From: Felis catus
Lineage: Eukaryota
Direction of reading: 5' to 3'
Length of the DNA stretch: 64,000 nucleotides
Assembly (NCBI RefSeq): GCF_018350175.1
Contig: NC_058383.1
Coordinates: forward strand, 22,508,001-22,572,000
Shown: piece after piece, positions 25,186-64,000 of the stretch
Layout: every line of letters starts with the position of its first letter
How positions within the stretch are numbered: position 1 is the first letter of the stretch
Translations under genes and position numbers: made by a program
Notes under the pieces: model-generated
Told to the model about the DNA's origin: nothing
Seen by the model: only the letters and a program-made list of their open reading frames with translations
The model's database searches: none

Positions 25186-25212
25186 GAAATATACATGAAG
25201 AAGCATTCTACA

Positions 25213-25437
25213 GAAGTGCCTGGGTGGCTCAGTAGGTTAAGTGTGGGACTTTGGCTCATGTCATGATCTAGCAGTTCGTGAGTTCAAGCCCCGCGTTGGG
25301 CTCTGTGCTGACAGCTTGGGGCCTGGAACCTGCTTCGGATTCTGTGTCTCCCCCTCTCTCTGCCTCTCTCTGTCTCCCCCTCTCAAATATAAACATTAAA
25401 AATTAAAAAAAAAAAAAAGAAGAAAAGAAAGAAAGAA
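25213..25437 (+). mobile_element. Carnivore SINE
   Basis: gtgcctgggtggctcag head with A-rich tail. Confidence 0.85.
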
Positions 25438-26978
25438 ATACCCTACAATCAGCACCCACAGTGAGAAACACAACATAACCAGATCCCCTCAAGCAGACCT
25501 CGAGGTTCCTCGCTGTCACTAGTCTCTTTTCCTCCGCTCCCTTGGTGGGTAGCCAATCCCCTGACTTCAACAGCACGGATCACTGTGCCTCTTTGCAGGT
25601 CATACAAATGGAATCACAAACCTGCAGTTTGAAGTGCTACCGATAGAGGCCTCTCGTGAGGCAAAGACGGAAGGCTCCCACAGGACTGGGGAAATGTTCC
25701 TCCCAAATTCGGTTCTGGGAGCTTACTCGCCTCTCTCTCTCTCTCCGCTGTAAGCCGTGGGTTACTCGTGCCAGGGTGGGAGAAGATAGAGAAATAACCG
25801 AGCACGCTATCTGAGCATGAGTGAGTCCCCAGAGGAGATCTGGGGCCACAAGTTTCCCAGGGGAAATAGGGGAACCAAGTTTGGGCAGAGGAATCCCAGC
25901 GGGGGCTTTGACCTCAAACCCTAGTGTGGTCTGCCTGGGAGCTAGCTGGGCGATGAGCAGTGAGGCCTGCTTCTGCCCAGATCATAACAGGCGCGGCTGT
26001 CCCCGTGACTCCTTTATCCAGACAAGGTGAACCCCCTGAAAAACACATCAAGGGAAACATAGAGGAAAGTACAACACAGAGGTTAGGTTCTGGGACTCAG
26101 AGCTACATAGGTTTCAATCACTGCCTCTTCACTTACTAGCTTTGTAAACTCCGACAAATACCTTAACTTCTCTGAAACTTTGCTTATCTATAGAATGGGA
26201 ACAATAAAACTCTCCTTGCCAGTTGGTTAACGGATTAAGTAAGATCGTATATGCAAGCAAGAAGTCATGTATATTGTTACCAGTGATTATTTTTATACTC
26301 AGGGGATGAGGGGAGGACTTCTATTTTGCTGAGATATTACAGGCTGAACTGACAGCATATGGAAATATGGGGATTAACACTGCTCTGCATAGTATATAAA
26401 CAGCTACTTTGCTTGGGCAAGGACTTATATGCACATGAATGCATACACACCTCACATATATACATTGACTTTTTCATAAATAGAATAGACAAACGATTTG
26501 GGGGGAGAAGCTTTTAAAGTTTTTCCTTTTTGCCACTTTTACCCATTGGTTAGTATAATATACAGATATACATGCTTCAGCCTATCATAGAATCTTTGTC
26601 AACAATCCAATATATTGCATTCTGTAGTTCTGTCCATGCTTGTATAAAATAATTTACATACACACACACAGACACACACACAGTTTTACAGAAATAGGTT
26701 CCTATAATGCTGTTTTCTGTATCTTGCTATTCTTAATATAACACAAAAATCTTTCCAAATTAACAAATATACTCTATTATTTTTAGTGGCTGCATATCAC
26801 CCTAATGGGTGGATGTTCTATAATTAGGTCAGCCGTTTCTCAGTTGGAGGGTCCGTGCTTTGTTTCTACTTGCTTGCACAGAGCACAATGCTGCAATAAA
26901 CATCCTTACACCTTTACCATTATAAGCCTTTTAAGATATATGTCTCTATGTGTTTTTTAATACAAAATATTTTATCTT

Positions 26979-27472
26979 GGGGGCGCCTGGGTGGCTCAGG
27001 CAGTTAAGCGTCTGACTTTGACTCAGATCATGATCTTACAGTTCATGAGTTAAAGCCCCACATCCAGCTCTCTGCTGTGAGCATTGAACCCACTTCGGAT
27101 CCTCTGTCCCCCTCTCTTTCTCTGCTCCTCCCCTGTTCATTCTCTGTCTCTTTCTCAGAATAAATAAACTTAAAAAAAATATTTTATTTCCATGGGGAAG
27201 ATCCCCCAGAGAGGGTTTTCCAGGCCAAGGTGGTCATGCAGTTTTTATTCTTTTATTTACTTTTTTATTTTTTTTAATGTTTGTTAAACATTAGAAGAGA
27301 GATAGCGCGCGTGGGGGAGGGGCAGAGAGAGAGGGAGACACAATCCAAAGCAGGCTCCAGGCTCTGAGCTGTCAGCACAGAGCCCCATGTGGGGCTCGAA
27401 CCCACGAATCATGAGAGATTGTGACCTGAGTTGAAGTCAGATGCTCAACAGACTGAACCACCCAGGCGCCCC
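26979..27472. mobile_element. Two SINEs in opposite orientation (26979-27180 +, 27255-27472 -)
   Basis: SINE heads and tails with TSDs. Confidence 0.85.
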
Positions 27473-28973
27473 TGCATTTTTTATTCTAAATAGTTTTCAG
27501 ATTGCATTCACAAAAGTCCGAAAAGATTTCCATTTCCACCAGCCCCATGTGAGAGTATGCTTGTTCCCAGGTCCCTGGCAGTAATAGGCTTAGCCTTCTT
27601 TTTTTAATTTGTTTAGGCTTTTTACGTCTTTTTATTACGGGCATTTTCAAACATCTCGAAAAAAAATAGAACAATATAGTGAACCCCCAAATACTCACAA
27701 CCCAGCTTTGGCAATTATCAACGTTTTGCCATTACTTCGCCTTCTTTTTAATTTTTGCAAATTTATGGGCATAAAGTGATATATGTGTTACTTTTTAAAA
27801 ATCGCATTTTTGCATTTCTCTGACTGCTCATGATTTTGAGCACATTTTCACATGTTTGCAGTTGATCTTCTGTGAGTTTCTATTCATATAGTCTTTGCAT
27901 AATTTTTGGTTGTTTGTCTTTCTCTTGCCAATTTATAGGAGCGGTTTGTAGTATATATGTTAATCCTTGTTGTCTTCTGTCTTGCCAATATTTTTCTAAT
28001 CTGATGTTTGTTTATGGTATCTTTTGTCCTCCTAAAGTTTTTCATTTTTTATATATTTCAAATACATCTGTGTCTTTTTCTCTTTTATAGTTCCATATTT
28101 TCTTTACTGCGTAAGAAACTACCCTCTACCACCAGCAGCACCAAATATAAGCTGGTACAACCACTTTGGAAAATTACTCAGCAAAATCCACGGAAGCCGA
28201 ACATACATACATCCCTATGATCTAGCAGGTCTGCTCGCAAGTAAGTAGCCAACAGAAATACAAAGATACGGTCCTCAAGAGATAAGTGGGAGAATATTCA
28301 CAGCACTCCATGATAGCCAAAAACTGGTAGGAAAAACACCTAATGCCTGTCAAGGCCAATTACCAGTAATTATATGAGTTACTATTCATATACTAGTAAT
28401 AGTGGTAATTACCACATTAGTAATTGTGGTAATTCATGCAATTAATGCATTTTTTAATTGAAAAAAGAGGCAGACATAGAAGAGAACATACAGTATGATT
28501 CCATTTGTATAAATATCAAAAATCAGCACAACTAATTTCTGGTGTTGTAAGTCAGGATAGAGGTTACTCTTAGAATGTGTCACAAGCGACCTTGTGGCAT
28601 TGCTGGTCATGTTCTGTTTCTTGATCTGTGTACAGGTTAAATAGATGAGTTCACTGTGTAGTCTATGATTTGTATGCTTTTCTGTAAGTTTGATGTATTT
28701 TAATAAGAAATTGACAAGATGCACTCGAAAGCCTGCATAAGTGTGTTTATATCAGCTTTATTCGTAACTGCCGAGATTCAGAAGTAATCAAGATGTCCTT
28801 CAGTAGGTAAATGGATAAATAAACTGTGTTACATCAGACAAAAGAATACTATTCAGTGCTAAAAAGAAAGAAGCTGTCAAGCCATGAAAAGACATGGCAG
28901 AACCCTAAAGGCAAATTAGTAGTTGAAAGAAACCCATCTGAAAAGGCCACAAACTCTATAATGATCCCAACTA

Positions 28974-29133
28974 CAGCAGAGCCTTGGATTGCGGGTAACT
29001 TGTTCTCTGAGTGTTCCACAGGATGAGCAAACATTTCTAATACATTTTAACTTGATAAACGAGTGATGTCTTGCAGTCAAGTAGTATGTGACGCTGAACA
29101 TCACATGATCACAACTGAGCCAATGGTTCTCTC

Positions 29134-29174
<41 letters not shown>

Positions 29175-29750
29175 CACTGCAGGATTGTGGGTGATCATCT
29201 CCCATGCTCGGATGCTCGGTCTTAGGCAGAAATCAGTGATGTTTCGGAACGTCGGAACGTGCCCACAATGGACACTACTGTATTTTTGGTCACTTCAAAG
29301 CACCTATGCACAGTCCTTTGCTTTTTCATACAAGAGTAAGCTTAGGAATGCTTTGCTTCATTCCAGGTCATTAGATAGGTTCCTTTGTAAAGTTGCACAA
29401 AACGAAAAAGATTCCATTGAGCCAACAGATAGCAGTGATTCTCTTCGTGATATGAAAATCGTCCTACACAGTAACCCTCCTCTCTCTTGTCTCCCTCACA
29501 CCAGCCATGAAGGTGTTCAAAGGTATGTGTGGGCTGATTTGTTTATTTTTCTTTATATTTTGTATTTTCTCTATTATTTTGTATTATATTACAGCATTGT
29601 AATTATTTTTATATGAATATTTTTAGGTTGTGGAACAAATAATCTGAGTTTCCATTATTTCTTATGGGGAAATTCACTTTGATCTACAAGTGCTTTGGAT
29701 TACAAGCATGTTTCCAGAACAAACTATGCTCACAAACCAAGGTTTTACTG
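28974..29750. mobile_element. Non-autonomous Tc1/mariner (Tigger/pogo-like) DNA transposon
   Basis: Imperfect TIRs CAGCAGAGCCTTGGATTGCGGG / CTCACAAACCAAGGTTTTACTG, flanked by TA at 28972-28973 and 29751-29752; it splits an old L1M 3' end. Confidence 0.75.
29128..29170. repeat. (CT)n microsatellite inside the DNA transposon
   Basis: CT run. Confidence 0.85.
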
Positions 29751-32700
29751 TACATAACATTCTGGAAAAGGCAAAAACATGGACACAGTAAAAACATCGG
29801 TGGTTACCAGGGATTAAAGAGGAGGGAGGGATGAAGAGGAAGAGCACAGAGGATTCTGAGGACAGTGAAAATGCCTTGTATCATATTCTAATGGTGGATG
29901 TATACATTTGTCCAAACTCATAGAATGTACCACTCATGAGTGGACCCTAACGTAAACTGCGGACCTTGGGTGCCAATGATGCGTCCAGGTAGGTTCATCA
30001 GTTGTAACAAAGGTACAGGGGGGGACATTGATAACAGGAGTAACTTATGAATGTGTGGAGGCAGGGAATATATAGGAAATCTCTGGACTTTCCACTCAGT
30101 CTTGCTATAAATCTAAAACTGCTGTAAAAAATAAAGTCTATGGTTAAAAAAAGAGAGAAAGGTAACAGATGGTAGCTGCATTTGTGGTGAGCATAGCATA
30201 ATGTAGGGAGCTGTTGAATCACTGTGTGGTAAACCTAACACTAATGGAACATGGTGTGTCGGCCATACTTCAAGTTTTAAGAAGGCAAATACAAGAGGCA
30301 GAGAGAGGGAGAGAGGGAGAAAGAGAGAGAGAGAGATAAAGATTTACTTGCTTCCTGATGGATAATTATACCAAGGCACTTAATACATTTTCCATTGAAT
30401 TAAATATCATCTTTGTCATTTATTAAATTCTCACTTACAATGATATATATTTATGGATTCTCTATTTGATCCAACCAATATATGTATCTACTTGTCAGTC
30501 CCCATGGTAAAATTATATTGATATTGTAGTTTAACAGTATATTCTGATATCTGGTAACATAAGTCCCCTTTCCATTACTCTTCATTTGCACACTTTTCTC
30601 GACTATTCTCAAGCATTTATTCTTGCATATGATCTTTATGTTAGCCAAGTTTTTTTAAGTCTGGAGTTAATAGAATTTCATTATACTTATAACTGGTTAG
30701 GAGAAAATTGACGTTTTAATTACGTGAAATCTTCCCACCCAGGGTCACAGCTTTCAATTTGTTCACATTTCGTTTTATATCCTTCATAAGACTTTATCAG
30801 TTTCTTCATAGAGGTCCTGTGCCTTTCTAGTTAAATTCATTCCTAAGCATTTTCTTTTTATTGCTATCATGCTGGGAATATTTTTCCCGTCACTATTTCT
30901 GTTTTCTCCACTCTTTTGCTAGAATGGAGAAAGGCTATTGGTTTATGTCTATTTGTCCAAGAGCAGAGCATTTAAGAGCACAAATTGAGGTATGGAGAAG
31001 AGACGTTAACTTTACTTCGTATAACTCCATTTACCGTTTTATTTTAAGCTCCCTTTGTGCCAGGTGCAAGCAATTCAGCCCCGTCTGGTTTTTCCCAGCT
31101 TTCGTCCAGGGCGGGGTTAAGTTCCATGGAGTTTGCATAATGCCAGGAGGCAAGGGGACACTGAGTCCTTGACATCATCGGTCCTAGCTGGCATCTCTTG
31201 AGATGCCGTTGGGTCCGTCTCTCGTCCTTACCAGTCTCTGCTGCAGTTGTTCCTCTTTCGTTCTGAGGAGGCTCTCTCTCTCCCTCACTTCTCTCTCTCC
31301 CACTCCCCCTCAGGCATCTGGAAAATATTCCCCCACCGCCACATCACACTAACCCCTCCCAACCCCCCGCAGCCCAGACCCAGCATAGAGCATCTCCAGG
31401 CCCACTGCTTCTCCAGTCTCCACTCTGAAGCCAGACACCCCCTCTGCTCTGGATCCCACAAAGCTACGCGGGGTCCTGTCCTTGGGTGAGGGCGATGCAG
31501 AAGCTTCCTCTCTGAGTCCAGGGGCGGGGCGGGGGGGGGCACTTTTCCACTTTTCCACCCTTGTTATTTATTCTCTCGGGGCTAGGTTCACGCCCTGAGG
31601 TATTCAAACACTCAAAAGCTAAAAGAAGCTTCCTTTTCTCTCTTTCTTCCCTTCGCTGAGGCGATAAATTCAGAGCAACTCCGCCTGAATAGAAGGGCTG
31701 TCAGGGAAAATGAAGTTCTGGACGGCAAAACATTGTTAATATTTCAGCATCGTAGCCCATTAAAACATACAGGCGTAGGGAAAAAGAACAATACTGGAGA
31801 AAATACAACAGAATGTTAACAGAGATGCTCTGTTTCCAGGAGGTGAAACCATGAATGAATTTTGTTTTATTTCTATTTCTCTGGATTTTATAAAGGTTCT
31901 ACAATGTGTGTTATTCATATCATCACACACATAAAAAATGATTTATGTGAGTTCATTTGTAGGTTGCCTATGCAAATCGGGTTGATTTGCATGAGAAATG
32001 ACTATGAATCCAAGCATAATTGACAGACACAATGTACGTTCCAAGGAAATGTACAGCCGTATGAAACATAAAGCATGAAGGAGGCTTCATTCACACCCTC
32101 AGTAGCTTGGGTTGGTTTCTAGAGCGACAAGCAATCGCTCGTGCTATGAAGTTAGGACCACTTGCCAACTGGGAGCCTTGGAACAGTTAAGCCTGAAGGG
32201 GTAACCAAGCAAACCACAGACTTTATGATGTACACGTTTCAAAAAGAGGCCTTTCGCCACGAGGCAGTTGGGTTTTTTAAGGCTGCAGTTGATGAAAACA
32301 TGATTAGAGGGTGCCTTAGATCAGGGAGGTTCTTAAAAACAGAGCCTGAGGCAGGGATTCTTGCTCAGTGATGGGATGAACTCTCTGAGAGACGGGGGAG
32401 GGAGTGAAGCATGAGAAACTCCGCAGCACAAATTGTTACCAGAGGTGGCTTCACCTTGAGGCGAAAGGGCCAGTCCCCGCCCGGAGTCAGTCAGTCATGG
32501 GCAGGAGGGCACGGGATGCTCCAGTCAACCAAGGGCAATTTTGTGAAGACGCAGGCACCTGTGAGCCCTCAGCAGCCCATCCTTGGAGCAGCGGAAGGAT
32601 GGGGTTCCAGCCAGGCATGATTTAGTTGGTAGTTCTAGGTAATCGTGAGCTGATTGCAGCGTGGGTCGGGGCCATGTGCGGGAGTAGGTGACACTGGAGA

Positions 32701-33522
32701 CACCAATGGTGGCGGCATCCTTGGGGTGGAGAGGAAGGCTATGGGCCAGCTAGCTAAGAACTCTTCAGTGGCTGTGGGGGCCATGACCAAGAAGGCCAGG
32801 GATGACAGAGAGGAAGAGGCAGAGGGAGAGGCGGAGCCAGGCTGTGTGATGGTCAGATCAGCAGTGATTTTTACCCAAGGAAGAAGGAGAAATGCACGAG
32901 CCCAAACTTGACAACTCATTGGACCCCTGCAGGCCCTGGCTGACCAAGTCGGGAGGTCTGCCTACAACAAGGACTGTAACCACCCCAGCAAGGGGTGCCC
33001 TGAGGCCGCACTGTCTGATATCCAAGGCGGGGAAGCGTGGAAGTTCTACAAAGACAGGTACCTTATCTGTCCTGCTTACCAGGCTGCATAATGAGTGAAT
33101 ATTTACTGAAAGAATGAGTCCATCAGTTCACCTATATTTCATCACCTCTCAGTGGAGGCCCCTAGCATAGTAACAGCACGAGCTTTGAGGGGAGACGCCT
33201 GAGTCTGAATTCCAGCGTGAGCCTCAGCTTTTCCATCGGGAGTGCGGTGAAGATTGAATGAGCTGATAACGAAGGGTGTAGAGCGCTTGATACAGCACTT
33301 GGCCGGTGGGAAAGTCCACGAATGGCCTCCGCAGGTAACCTCCCCGAGCCATCTCTAGCAGGGTGACTGGGGGGGGGGGGATCGGAAGGGCGGGGGAAGG
33401 AGCGGGACGCGGGCTGAGGTTGCGCCCCAGCCTCTGTGTACCCAAGTGGCCCAGCCCTGGGCGGAGTCTCCTCCGGGCCAGGCGGGGCCGTGCTGTCCCC
33501 TGGAGGCACTGAGGGACCGGCT

Positions 33523-51092
<17,570 letters not shown>

Positions 51093-51239
51093 GACAAGGA
51101 GCTGGGCCCGTGGCCAAGGCTGGCCTCAGCGTCAGAAGAGACGGACAGAGACTTGGCAGCCTGGGGCTTCTGGAGCAAAGATGTGCCCAGAGCCCAGGCA
51201 CCCCTCAGGGACTACAAGAAGAAAAAGAAGATTCACGTG

Positions 51240-51245
51240 TTTAAT
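51240..51245 (-). terminator. PLK1 polyadenylation signal ATTAAA
   Basis: tttaat on the plus strand ~280 nt after the PLK1 stop, followed on the minus strand by a U-rich tract (TCTTCTTTTTCTTCTT). Confidence 0.75.
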
Positions 51246-51248
51246 GTA

Positions 51249-51254
51249 TATAAA
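51249..51254 (+). terminator. Candidate ERN2 variant polyadenylation signal TATAAA
   Basis: Best PAS-like hexamer after the ERN2 stop; I found no plus-strand AATAAA between 51092 and the PLK1 stop. Confidence 0.5.
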
Positions 51255-51526
51255 GGCAAGGAAAGGACAGTCCCGGATTCAAGAGCAATATTCTGTACAA
51301 TTCACATGGCGGGGTTGAGAGGGAAGGGAAAGAGGCCATAGAACCCACACCGGAACATGTACAAAAATAACTTACACGGAGACACCCACCAGCAAGGATA
51401 ATGTAGCTCTTCCCAGCCCCCAGGGCCGGGGGCCACGTTCTAGAAAACAGCACCGTGGGAGCTAACCAGTACGGGCCGAGGTGCTGGTGGGGGTGGGAGG
51501 GGCACCAGTCCGGAGGGGAGGAAGGC

Positions 51527-61545
<10,019 letters not shown>

Positions 61546-61616
61546 GTTCCCGGAGTTGCTCCGCAAACCTAGCAGAGTCTGGGCAGAGACCTGGCACCGC
61601 TTCGCTCCTCCTCGAA

Positions 61617-61666
61617 TTCAAACGCGGCGCCGGGAACGTTACAAGAGCCTGCGCGCCACTGATTGG
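61617..61666 (-). promoter_or_regulatory. PLK1 G2/M promoter module: CHR (TTTGAA, 61617-61622) with adjacent GC-rich CDE-like sequence and CCAAT box (61662-61666)
   Basis: Minus strand reads ...GGCCAATCAGTGGCGCGC...GCGCCGCGTTTGAATTCG...; the established DREAM/MMB-FOXM1 plus NF-Y architecture of mitotic promoters. Confidence 0.85.
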
Positions 61667-63121
61667 CCGCGGGGATTTAAAATCCAAACCCGCCCGCCGC
61701 GCGGCACGATGGGAGCGCTCTGCACCGCTGTTGCCTTTAAACCCTACCCAGCCCGGGGTAGGAGAGAAACTTGATTGACAGGCACTCGCTGGGCGCAGAC
61801 ACGTGGGATGCCTGGGAAACCGTACACGGCGTGGGGATACAGAGACCCAGCCCGAGGAGAGGGGGAGTTCAGGGCTTCTCCCTTTCTCGACGGCCAGGGA
61901 GGTTCCTGCAGTTCCCATGCACCTCCTCCAGGAAGCTTTTCCTAACACTTTCCTCCACCCCCACCTGCCTTCTAGATTATAACCTCTGAGAATAGAGACC
62001 TGGCGGCGCAGCCTTAAGCACTTGCCTCTGATGTCCTCAGCTCCAAGACACCCCAATAAACTAAAACTCAAGTAAAAACACGGTGCTTGCCAGCTGCTCC
62101 TAAGCCCCTCCGGAATATAGAGCAACTCTACTCAAAGCATATATGGTTCAGGGATCACCAGCATCACCATCACCTGGGAGCTTGTTAGAAAGAAAATTTC
62201 AGGCCTTACTTACCCCAGACCTCCCGAGTGAGAAAGCTGCCTTTCAGTGTGAATGCCAGGTGATTCCCACACATCCTGATGTTTAAGAAGCACGGTACCA
62301 GGCACCCCCACAATGCAAGAAAGTTGTCTGGCTCGCTCATTGCTAGATTTCCCAGAGCCTGAAAGAGTGGACCCTCAGGTCTTTGGTCTGAGGAGGGATG
62401 GCTGGTTGGCAGAATGCCTCGCAAGCCGGTAGGCCAAGGCCAAATTGTCCTGCAGGGGTGTTGTGTTTGGCCTCCCACATTTGAAAACTTGGATTCGTTT
62501 ACAGCACTTAAAACTCAAGAGAGCTCACATAAAAATTCAGATTTGTGGCTTTTCCAAAAAAAAAAAAAAAAAAAGAAAAAAGAAAAAAAAGAAAAACAAA
62601 ACTAGAGGCTCTGACAACTCTATACCCACATACCTTCCCTGTTTGCCGCTGTTCTCAGCCATCTCCCTCTGCCCATTTCCCTGACTTTCGAAAGTACTGG
62701 AGTAGCAACCCTAGAACAGCAAAATACCCAGGTTAGAAGCGCTTTCTCTGTGCCCCTTGGCGCCCTATGATGTCTCTGATAGAGCCCAGCAAATATCAGC
62801 CATATTATTGTAAGTATATCTTTACCTGCCTCCCAGTAAATGCAGAAGCAATGATGACATCTTTCCTAGCCCGTGTCCCAAACTCCCAGAGCAATGCCTA
62901 GTAAAAAAGGGGGGTAACTGAAATGTTTGCTGAATAAAAGGAAGGTTTTTTACTTTTACTCTGGTGGTGTGTAATCTCTTTATTGAGGTTTAAGATATGT
63001 AGAAAGTGTATATATCATAACTGTACAGCTCAATGAATTTTCACAACTTGAACCCACCCCACATAAACAACACCAGACTGAGAAAGAGAACACTACCAAC
63101 ACCCCAGAAGTCGCCCTTGTT

Positions 63122-63700
63122 CGTGTTTTGGGAGTCCCCAAAGTGGCCCTCCCCCCCCCCCCCCCCCAGTTTGATGATTTGTTAGGAGACTCACAAGACT
63201 CAGCATATAGTCTTACTGACAACCGGCTATAAGTTATTACGGCAAAAGGCTACAAAGCAAAATCAGCAAACAGAAAAAGGTGCATAGCACAAAGCCCAGA
63301 GGAAACCAGGTACAAGCTTCCCAGAGCCTTCTCGCAGTATAGACACAAAGAATACTTAATTCCTCCAGCAATGAGTTATGACAGCAAGTGTGAAGTGTTA
63401 TTTGCCAGGGAAGCTCCTTAGAGGCTCAGTGCCCAGGGTTTTACACTGCTGGCCCAATAGGCTGGCCAAGTAGACACCCTCTGCCTGGCACATACCAAAA
63501 TGTTGGATTCCTGGAAGAAAAGCAGGCATTTAGCATAAACCATACTGTCTGCACAGTTTAGGCACAGTGAGCCATTCTTACTATTTAGGTAATGGTGAGA
63601 ACCCACTCAAAATCCAATTACCCAGATGCCAGCCAAGGGTCAGCCTTACAAACAAGGAGAGCAGTCTCAGGCTTACTGTGTTAACTCCCTTCTGCGCTGT
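63122..63700. mobile_element. MER21-like ERVL LTR upstream of PLK1
   Basis: ggagactcacaagactcagcatatagtc...caaagcaaaatcagcaaa...gaggaaaccaggtacaagcttccc. Confidence 0.7.
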
Positions 63701-64000
63701 CCATCCCCTTGGCCCTTGGCCTTGGCTCATGCTTCTTTGCAGCAAATGTATTATCAGTAGGACCCCATGCAAAAAGATGAGCCCAAACTGCAGTGCTGAT
63801 CTGTTATGCCTGCCAGGGGTCCCGTTAACCATCAAAGTCTACTTTAGATATAATGTTATATGTCAACTATACCTCAATTAAAAAAAGAACAACAGTCTAT
63901 CTTAGAAAGCCAAGTGGCTTCCTCCCTAAACTTCTGTATGATTCATTTTTACCTGGCCCCAGGCACCAATTCAGGTACAGCACAGCTGTGGCCAGTAAGT

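Larger units (their letters stand above)
28720..30150 (+). mobile_element. Old L1MC-like 3' fragment split by the DNA transposon
   Basis: atgatcccaacta|cataacattctggaaaaggcaaaa is continuous across the insertion. Confidence 0.65.

Overview
Mammalian genomic DNA, most likely a felid (dense carnivore tRNA-derived SINEs of the SINEC_Fc type). It contains the conserved CHP2-ERN2-PLK1 block (human 16p12.2 synteny). I reconstructed all three genes exon by exon from GT-AG boundaries and frame. CHP2 is on the minus strand (7 exons, 196 aa, 6469->3878), ERN2/IRE1beta on the plus strand (22 exons, 927 aa, 33523->51092) and PLK1 on the minus strand (10 exons, 604 aa, 61545->51527). All three reading frames are intact. 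CHP2 and ERN2 diverge across a ~27 kb repeat-rich spacer holding a full-length but decayed L1 inside a nested insertion, a TA-flanked Tc1/mariner-type element and many SINE, MER and LTR relics. ERN2 and PLK1 converge, with stop codons only ~430 bp apart. I see no convincing novel multi-gene system. The best second-look items are regulatory or splicing features: a strand-biased TGAC-dense tract in ERN2 intron 7, an inverted pair of perfect octamers upstream of ERN2, a compact bidirectional poly(A) module shared by ERN2 and PLK1, a candidate in-frame ERN2 microexon, and a possible TM-less ERN2 isoform. Repeat family names come from recognition, not from a database search.
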